Assembly: GCA_040954595.2 (NCBI GenBank)
Contig: CM082578.2
Coordinates: 15,546,998 to 15,610,997 of the forward strand
DNA length: 64,000 nt
Reading direction: 5' to 3'
DNA from: Balanoglossus misakiensis
Taxonomy: Eukaryota; Animalia; Hemichordata
This document shows, in pieces, positions 54,701 through 64,000 of this stretch. How positions within the stretch are numbered: position 1 is the first letter of the stretch; the number at the start of each line of letters is the position of its first letter. The notes beneath the pieces are model-generated. The model was not told the origin of the DNA. It made no database searches and was given only the letters and a program-made list of their open reading frames with translations. The translations under genes were made by a program, and so were the position numbers.

Positions 54701-56003
54701 TACAACTGCCCAGGGAAGCACAGCTGTTCTCGCATGTGGCTTTGCCAATGATATGGCCACCTGAATAGAGAGAGGATATGAAACCTACTACTTCACATGC
54801 AAGAAGACCATGAAAATGTCATTTAACCATCCCAGCTTTAAGGTTTTATGGTGAAATATTGTCACTGGAGAATATAAGAATGCACCAAGGTCTGCACCCA
54901 CCTGCATTAAGTAACCTAGCAACCACTGTGGCATCATAGTCCGGTGTGTAACCACGTAATATCTGCCCGCCATTACGTAACGGAACACCAGCTACTGGAA
55001 TGTTGTCTTTGATGGCGATAGTTTTTCCAGCAAGTATACCTGTTTCAGAACCCCTGATATCACAACGCCAGCACCTTTTAACAACAACAACATCTAAATT
55101 GGTGACATCAAAAATTGTCACCGAGCATAGAAGTGGCTTAGTAAAAAAAATTGAATATCACCTAAATATGACAGATGGACAGATTGATGGATGGTTGGGT
55201 GGGTGGGCATATGGATGGATGGAGTGAGTGAGTGAGTGAGTGAATGAATGAATGAATGAATGAATGAATGAATGAATGAATGAATGAATGAATGAATGAA
55301 TGAATGGATGGATGGATGGATGGATGGATGGATGGATGGATGGATGGATGGATGGATGGATGGATGGATGGATGGATGGATGGATGGATGGATGAATGAA
55401 TGAATGAATGAATGAATGAATGAATGAATGAATGAATGAATGAATGAATGAATGAATGAATGAATGAATGAATGAATGAATGAATGAATGAATGAATGGA
55501 AAAATAAAAGAAAGAAGGAGGGAAGGAAGGAATTGTTCTTTCTGTACAAGATGGCATTGAAACATTTTTGACAGTTCTGTCAAGGACATGGCACAGTGAC
55601 AGAAACACAAAATTGCCACAGCATTGCCGTATTATTGATAAGAAATCACTTACCATGCATTGTGTTGGTTGTCCTGGTCTGATGGTGGATTGCCAGGCAA
55701 TCGTGGATATCGCACTGGTAGATTGGGTTCTGAAAACTCTTCAAGTTGATCAAACATCTTTAACGATCTATGAAGTTCCTCTGAAACACAGAACTAAACT
55801 GTGTCAATGCCACGTAGCCTTTGTTCACTTTTGTTCTCATTATTTGTAGAAGTAAAGCCAATACCTTGATATTGTTTCAGTTCTTCCTCTTCCATCGTCA
55901 GACCAAAATTAGTGGCGATATCCTCCACTTCAAGGAGGGATGGTAGCCGAATCGCTGAAGGTCGGTGAGAATCTGTAGAACATCCAAAGAAACACTTCGA
56001 CAT
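51713..56003 (-). CDS. Amidase-signature family amidase (resembles Rhodococcus-type aliphatic amidases), at least 11 coding exons; N-terminus uncertain
   Basis: Minus-strand exons: 56003 (or 55972)-55865, 55780-55654, 55074-54902, 54760-54621, 54168-53968, 53840-53763, 53552-53393, 53200 (or 53194)-53141, 52928-52828, 52647-52461, 51912-51713 (TAA); phases are consistent. The Lys-cisSer-Ser triad motifs are present ([36 protein letters not shown]), as are [18 protein letters not shown] and C-terminal [14 protein letters not shown]...[15 protein letters not shown]. An alternative first exon 56666-56645 (MEDESGS) can splice in frame to 55972. Confidence 0.9.
55211..55499. repeat. Compound tetranucleotide microsatellite (GAGT)n(GAAT)n(GGAT)n(GAAT)n in an amidase intron
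   Basis: Directly visible. It generates the spurious FIHS/SIHP ORFs at 55118-55656. Confidence 0.97.
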
Positions 56004-59000
56004 GAAACTTGAGATAACAGAATGTGGAAAAAGCAGAGAGCTAAGGCTTAGGCATCAGATTAACTATCTTACATTTTTAAAGGGGTGTGTCCGATTTTTG
56101 GCGGAGGCGTCCGAATGTGGGCAATGTTGATGACTGATATGATGCCACTGGGACTTTTAGTAATTTATCTTGATGTGTGACTACAAACGTTGAGTCACCT
56201 CCAGTATAGTGTCGATGAATGTCGAAGAAGACAAATGCGTAGCTGGGCCCATGTTTGTTACATTGTGGCTTAGCCGTCCGAGTATTGGTGGAGTGGCCGG
56301 TGTTGTCCTGTAATAGCCATAATCTGGGACCAATACATCAGAGGCCTGTTTTCGGTCATGGCTGCATCGTACTTAGAAGGCAGAATAGCCAATGGGACGA
56401 AGTCGATTCGATGTATTATTAAGGGCGAACACGGGCAACTTTTCACACACAACTCAGCAAGTGCACAAGAGCCCTGGTGCGTTTGGTGGGCGTAGCCCGG
56501 CCACGCCCCTTTCCCATATGTGACGTGCATCATGTGTGCACACAGTGCAAAGGGTAGGCTATCCATTATATTTACCCATCCTTTTGTGTGTTGACTTCAC
56601 ATGAGTACTGGTAGAAAGATCGGCATTTTCCATAGCCGCCGTACCACTGCCCGATTCATCCTCCATTTTACAGCAGTATTTATCTAGAGGGTCAAGTCAA
56701 AGGTCAAAGAGCGCGCAAACAGTCGCTTGGGAATTAGAACCGTTCCGAACCAGATTGAGGTTGCTTGTTTTGTAACCAGCAAGGAAGACTCTTTCCATCA
56801 GACAACAGGGATCCCTGAAGTCAATAGAAAGCGTGGAAACATGCCAGGCAGACTTCAGTCGTCGATTAATGCAGTTTGCGGCACTTTATTAGCCGACAAG
56901 GAGAAACTTTAATACCATCGATCTCTAGATCAAAGTCGCGCGAGGTTTCAAACTTTACTTCAAAGATTTCCTAAGAAGAAAACAATCGTGCTTACTATAT
57001 TTCAACTCACCGCTTCTGTCGCCTTCCTTGACAAGTTTGGTTGACCTTTCCTATCGCATGTCGGACCGTGGACTGAAAAAGTTAATGTGTTCCGAGAGAG
57101 CTTGGTTTTTCAACAAAAACGAAAGGAAATTGAATATAAAGTATTGTCGGGGAAATTTAGGGGAAATGAATTCATAATGATGCGCTCGTCCTGATCCAGA
57201 CACTGATCATAATTTCTCCAAGTATATACTGTGTTACAAACAGACAAACCTAGTGCCCTTCCGAAGTTTAAAATATCTGACAGATTTATTCGTTGAGAAC
57301 GTTTCCACCATGTGAGAATACAGGTATGTTCATTAACGAAAATAACGAATGAAAACAATGTGGATATCAGTCGAAGAAAATGAAAAGGATGCGGCTCATT
57401 TCATTGTAAACGAAAAACGGCAGTAAAATTTTAACTGTTCAGTTTGCTTTATGCCCATAACTTCGCAAACCTTTATTCCAAACCACATTAAAGTTTACTA
57501 TTGCAAATATGTATAGTAAAAAACTTAAGGTCCTGCAGCCTTGATCGACAGATTCCGACGCCGGCAGTTTCAGTAACAAATCAACTTGGTTCATTGATTT
57601 GGTCATAGTGTAAAAGTTACCAATAAATGTCGTAAATGTTGAGTTTCAAAAGAAAATCATTCCGCCAAAAACTACCAATACTTTATGAAGATCAATAAAT
57701 TCAGAGAAATGCGTGTCTGGGATTGTCTTGGATAACGGTCATGTATGTTTCGAGATGAAGAATAAACTTATACTTATGAGTGGTATCCAAGGAAATTTGT
57801 AAGGACCTGCAAAACAGTTTACTTTGTTTATCCAAATCAGAGAGATTTTTTTTCAGAACGAAGTGCCAGAAGGCATGCGCAGATTATAAACTAGAAACTA
57901 GATTGAAGCAGACCTCAAGGTCAAGAGTTTCACTTGTCTCACTTGATTACCCGCGGAAAAATCTGGAAGTCAAGTACTCGTGAAATTATAATGTGTTCGC
58001 TGGAATATCGGGAAGCCAATGCTTTTCAGGTGTCAGTTTCTGTAAATGTAATATTAAAGATAGTGGTCCTTAAATGACCCACCTCATAGAGGTTGAGCAT
58101 TAATTTATTTCTTACATATACATATGATGTCAGATCGCGTCATTAATTCGTTAACGTAGACAAGAGACAAACAATTCTGTTCGTCAATAACATAATGCGG
58201 GTTTTAAAATTGAAATAACTGAATAAATGGAATAAATTCCTTATTTCAATGGCGCCGTTCAAGTCAGATTATTGATTTGGCACAGAGTACCACTGATTCA
58301 ATCAAATACCAAGCCCGTCATCATCGACGTTATTGATTGTCCGCGATATGCGCAGTGAAGGAAATGGAATGTTTAAGATTTGCAAAAGTGGAAGGCTATG
58401 ACGTAATGAACAGGAAGAAATGCGACATGTTAACCATTAGTATGTCTGTCAACATATCTCTTTACAATATACACAACGTTTGGCTGCAAAATATCACGGG
58501 TTGTGAGGCACCGAATCGAACCAGAAACTGCTGCAATTGATAAACAGAACAAAAATAGTTGAAAGTCACAAAAGTTTAGTGTATAATCTCTCTGAATAAA
58601 AATAGACGATGGAGAATTGAGGAAGAATTTCAACCATCGATGATAAACTTGGCAAGGATTGCTTAGCATTAATAAATAGATCAGAAGATATTATATTCAG
58701 AGCTACATACAGGACTAACCCAAGGCAAAGTATTTTCATTACATGCTTGTAATTCGGCCAGCGCCTGTCCCATTTTACTTCGCGCTATTTGCAAACTTGA
58801 GTAATACAAGTCAGAATAACCAAGGAAGTTCCAGCATCACACACATTAAAATCCATCGGCAAGTGCGAGCATGGTCTAAGGAATATGGATTTTCGATTTA
58901 AATTCACTTCACTCCAATATGACAGCATTTCTTAACCATACTCAACAATCTCTTCTTGGACATTATCGCAGTAAGTCAATTTAATTGGAAAGGTTGGGTT

Positions 59001-59857
59001 TAATTGCTGATATAAGTGACATAAAATGAATGTAGCGTAACAGGAATAAATGGTACCCATGGTTACAGTTCCCGTCATTTTATGATGACAATAATACACA
59101 CTTAGTATCACAACAGCCATGGAAAAAAAATCCCACACGTGAATTACAGTTATGAAAAGACTTCAAATCTAAGGCTGGTTAATCTTTTGATTCGTTATTT
59201 GCAGACGGCAAGTACATTTGCGCCGCTATTTCTCCACGAACTAAATTATCGCAATGACATATTTTGTTATTCTCAACAATGAAGTTTAATATGTTCGATT
59301 TAAGTTGTCGATTGTAGGACTTGCAGGTATTCACAAACTGTTTTGCAAGAATAACTACAGTACATGTTCCAAATGCAAACACGTCACAAATACCCACTGA
59401 TACAGCAAAGTGTATACAAAGGTTTGGTGGAAACGATTGCTTTGGTAATATTGAAATAATTAATCTTTGAAAATCTACATGCATATCACAGTTGGAGCGC
59501 TGGAAACAACTATCACTGCATCAAGTTGATATGCTCAGATCCACAATCGTGTATTTCTGACTGCTTTGGCAAGAAATTATAACGAATTAAATGACTCACG
59601 AATTTAAGGCACATCTTTACTTCCATAAATACGCATAAAAGCTTTCGATGTATACCCTGAAACAGCTCTTTCAGTAAACTCAAAACATCGTTGGCGGCGT
59701 GCAGTATGTTGTCATAACAACCGTAGAAACGGAAGTGACATCACTCTAGAAATTCTTATATTTTCATTACCGACACATAAGTCGTAGCGTACTTCACGTC
59801 GTTTTCGTTTTCCTAAAGCAGAACTGACTGTATTAGCAGCCTACATCCAATGACAGA

Positions 59858-62800
59858 ATGCTGTACTGGAAATTTGCAGCCCTGTCTTCGCGCCCACTCT
59901 TCATTTGCATATGTTTTACGATTGTTTCTGGTAAGTCCTGTATCAACTTTAACTCACTTTATCCTGAAACTCGTAGAAATTGTTAATATGCGACCAAGAA
60001 TTACTTCGTTTGTCGTAATTGTTAATAAGGTCCCCTTTCACATTTTTTGCACTTATGAAACTTAGAAATGCGTTGATTACAGTCAATGTCAGAGTTTGAT
60101 TTCCTAATCTCAACGTAAAGTTGTTTTTCCAGAGACTTAAATTGTTATTAAAACCAGGGAAATTAAAATACTAGCAATTAGTATTCAAGACATTAATTAT
60201 ACGGTATGTACTTTAAACTAAAACTGCATCGTATATATTGGTGTTACGTCTTTATCTCACCTTTATGATGGCGTGAAGGCATGTTTTTGCTTTACTGAAA
60301 TGAAATGTAGAAATGTCGGGAAATGCATGGTGTTGATACAATACACTTTAATTATCTGATATGTGATATCACTGTACCTTTAGTTTACAGCGAAATTCAG
60401 ACGAAATGGTGACTTGTTAGATCGAATAACACTCCTGGCTGTCTCCGATAGCATTAAACATTGATTCGTCCATAGCTCAGTTTTTTAACCAATATTACAT
60501 TACTTGCAACGCTTCGGGAAATTCTGTCAAATTACATTTTAAATTTGAAAAATGCATTTTTGCATGTTGGCAAGTTTGCATATATATCAAACCTATAAAT
60601 GTTTTCCAGTAGGTGTTACGCAAACACATAAACTTGCGAATTATATTAAACACTACAGTATTTAATATAACTCACACGTTTGTGAATTTGAATTTTTCAT
60701 GTGTGAGAGTGAATGTATAGCCTCCTTATTCTTTAATTGCTGATCACATACATACATATTTTTTACAAAAGATAAAATGAAGGATCTCTCTCTCCCTCCT
60801 CCTCTCTCTCCAGCATCTGATATAAATATCCAAATTGCAAATACATCAACTCTGTATCAAGCTGGTGACACGGTAGAAGTTCACTTTGGAATCGATTTTC
60901 TAACTCCGCAACCCGTCTGTGGACTCAATGTGTCACTCGGAGGCGAATACGTACATGTAAGTTGTTCATATTTTAAATCTGGATGAATTTTTATCAATAT
61001 GTATTAAGACTTGATGGTATATCTAGAAAATGCGAACTGTAACTAGTAATATGCAGAAAAAACATAGAATATAAGAAATACAAAGGACAGTTGTTCAGTG
61101 AGCGCCATATGGAAGATGAAACTCTTGTTCTTTGTGCCCCATACTTGAACATTGCAATCAGCCACTAAGAGATTTCTTGTTCATACCTTCCTTTAAAACC
61201 TTCCTTTAAAAACATTGTTTTACAGGCACTTTCGAATGGTTCGGTAGTTGACGAGGATTCTTTCGAATGGCTGATAACGTCATGTGCAAATACGTACGAC
61301 AAGGACAATTTTACCGAGGTATGTATGCGCATGCCCCTTACAACTGTGAAAGTGTTATTCCTTTATCCAGACCTTTCCATGGGAAATGAAATAACAAACA
61401 AACACAAACAAAACCAGCTCTCGTATAGTGCGAAACAAAAGATTCCATTCTGAAGTGCATGCGCAAACCCTCTTTGAACCGTATCCTGGCAACATGTTTC
61501 CACACATTGAATTGAAGAGAGAAAAAATCGTTCCACACAAGAATGATATTTAGTTATGTGACCTTGTCCCGAATAGACCCTAACACGCCACCTTCGAGAG
61601 CTTTCAATAAAATAATAAGGTTGAATAGACATTTTATTGCTCGCCACTTCGTTGTCGTTGTCTATTGAGGTAAATTAATAATATTGATTTTACACAACAC
61701 ATGTCCAAGTAAATATATAACAATTAAAATAAAGTCTAATGGAATGAGTTTACAGGGAAACTACGTTCAAATAATCAAACTGCTTAACGTGTGGAACGTT
61801 TTTATCGATCAACAAAGCGTTTACATTTAACGGTGTGTGATCAAGCAGAACCTAGTCTGGGGTTAAAAGATTTACGCACGTAACGTACTGCGTTTGCTTT
61901 CATCACTGCCAGACCGGCATCTATACACGTCATCCATTACAGAACGTTCCTGTGTTTAGCGGAGATTATGCCATTAGGACGTGTTCATTTAGACTCGCCT
62001 GGGAGTATTTCCAGCCAGGGACTTCAATTTTCAGTTGGAACACGAAGTCGGTTTAGTTTTCAGTTCGGGAAAAATGCTTGTTGAGTCAGTATTGAAACAT
62101 TATAAAGAATAAATCAAAATGTTCAGCGAAAATTCAGAGTAAACGATAGAAATTCACACATTTAGACATATTTTCGGTTTTTATACGTTCAAAACAAAAA
62201 TGGCGTATAAAACTAGTCATTTATTTTTCCTGTATGTTAATTGTCACCCTGAAGAGGCAAATTAAGTATTCGAAATTCGAAACGTCGGTGTTTTATCGAT
62301 AATAAAACTTCGAAGTTACAGCTCCCTCTTGCAGCCGCCATGTTTTATTTCACCCACTGTTAATAAAATCGTTTACATCTAACACTCTCTTACGAAATGA
62401 TTAATTTCCATCGCACACCTTACTTATTATACTGGTCAAGTAAATTTGTATATATTGGCATCAACTTACATCAGCGTCATTATTAAAATGGAAAGATATA
62501 GTACTCATATTTGTACAGTGAAACGCAACGCCAAAACTTTGACATATTTGAAGTGAAAATGAAAGCGCCCATAACGCAATGGCTGTCGCAATGTACTGTG
62601 CAATGTTGACTTTTGGTACCCAAGGTTATGGTCTGTTAATGTTGTGCAATGGAACAGTCACTTCTCCAGGGATTCTCATACGTGTTACAAGCAGGAAAAA
62701 TAAAAAAGGGTAGCCTATGCAACTGTATCATTTAATAAGTGAAAATTGATCGTAGTACTGAGTAGATTTTCTTCAAAGCATTGAAAGTTTTGATTTAACA

Positions 62801-64000
62801 GTATGACTCCAAAACCAATAACTTTGCGATTAATTTCTGGAATAAAGCTAAGTACAATGAAACAAATTCTCAAATGCAACATTTGTGTCGACAATTATGT
62901 TACTAGGCATTCTTCCACAAAACTTGAGTTATTTATAGTACCTTTCAATTTAGTCAACCAACTCTACATTTCTTAAAAGCTTGCCCTTTCAGACACCTCA
63001 TTAAAAGTACAAAAATTATATTTAGCGATGTTTAAACATGATATAGGGTGTCAGTTTTCACTAAAGATATACGCGTTCCCTGGGCAAAGCTCGAGTCGAT
63101 TTACAGCTGGCGGTAGCAGTCTCACGTGTGTGCCGCTTTGAAATATGCAAATTAATGAATGATGGGTAAATTGAAATACGTTGTTAGGAATGCAGAAATT
63201 ACTACGCAAATGGCGGGGCAAAGCACTTCATCTCTCCCTCGTTATATTTCAGCTGGCCACTAGAATAACAATTCACAGAGAACTGATATGCAGCTGTACA
63301 ACACATTTCTTTGCAGGATTGGACAGCCACGGCGCAAAATGTCAAGTCAGTTATTATGATCTCTTCGGTATCCGAGCCATGCGACGCGCAAATGACCGGA
63401 TTTGTCTTGCTAAAAGTTTCAGGTAATCTACCACAAGATCAGTCCAATTCTTACGCTGATCACGCAACGTTGATCTTTGGTGTTATGCAACTCAACGACA
63501 AGACTAATTATTATTGTACGGTCCGCTTGGAATACTGTGGTACATATGCAATAATTACTATTACTGTATGCCAGCATATTCTTTCCGACATAAAGTAGTA
63601 TTAAACATCTGTATATTACGCACAATCACAAAAATTACAATTGTACTTTACAGACGACGCTTTGGTTGACGCCACCTTGGAAATTGACTTGGATGTTGAG
63701 TACGCGTACGACTGTGACTCCCAAACACCATCGGTGTTCCGCCAAACAACGACCGCAACCATCGATACTGTTCGGCCGCTCTTCGAATTTGCGGGAGAGG
63801 ATGAAAACGTCGGAGAGCCGATCTACGCCATTCTCGGCGACACCATCAGAGTCAGGTTATACATGTTTTATCCGAGAGGTGTAGCTTACCCGTTTGTTCG
63901 CTTCAGCGCTGATGGTTTCGGTGTTCATCGGCCGGTATTATTGAATGTCAAATGGTCCAAAGTATATTCTGGAAGTAACTTACTCTGCTTTGAAAACTCC
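59858..64000 (+). CDS. Uncharacterised secreted or cell-surface beta-strand-rich protein, 5' portion (runs off the window)
   Basis: Phase-consistent GT-AG exons: 59858-59930 (signal-peptide-like MLYWKFAALSSRPLFICICFTIVS, phase 1), 60814-60956, 61226-61318, 61913-62050, 63317-63539 and 63654->64000 (open to the window end). Several N-x-S/T sites. A recurring motif appears as LYQAGDTVEVHFGIDF and IYAILGDTIRVRLYMF. Family not recognised. Confidence 0.68.

Noticed and set aside
55118-55656. FIHS/SIHP-repeat ORFs on the minus strand
   Set aside because: They are translations of an intronic tetranucleotide microsatellite.

Overview
Eukaryotic, intron-rich metazoan genomic DNA, probably a marine invertebrate (inferred from gene content, not provable here). 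From left to right: the last 11 coding exons of CFAP54 (+), a 5-exon O-fucosyltransferase-family (GT-B) gene (+), and an intronless rhodopsin-class peptide-type GPCR (+). Next comes a ~30-kb composite satellite block: ~9.4 copies of a 543-bp unit fused directly to ~283 copies of an 87-bp unit. After it lie a multi-exon amidase-signature gene (-) and the 5' part of an unrecognised secreted beta-rich protein gene (+). The most interesting signal is in the 543-bp unit. Each copy carries an 85-bp near-perfect palindrome, then a TATA-like element and a tRNA-like RNA polymerase III cassette (A box, internal hairpin, B box in a T-loop hairpin, oligo-dT terminator). This makes it a candidate tandem array of ~75-80-nt small-RNA genes. 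The 87-bp array starts at the tip of that hairpin in the last copy and shows layered, higher-order variant structure. Two GC-AG introns were also found. The very long repetitive ORFs in the satellite are judged artefacts. All exon models were derived by hand from splice signals and frame continuity, without database searches.
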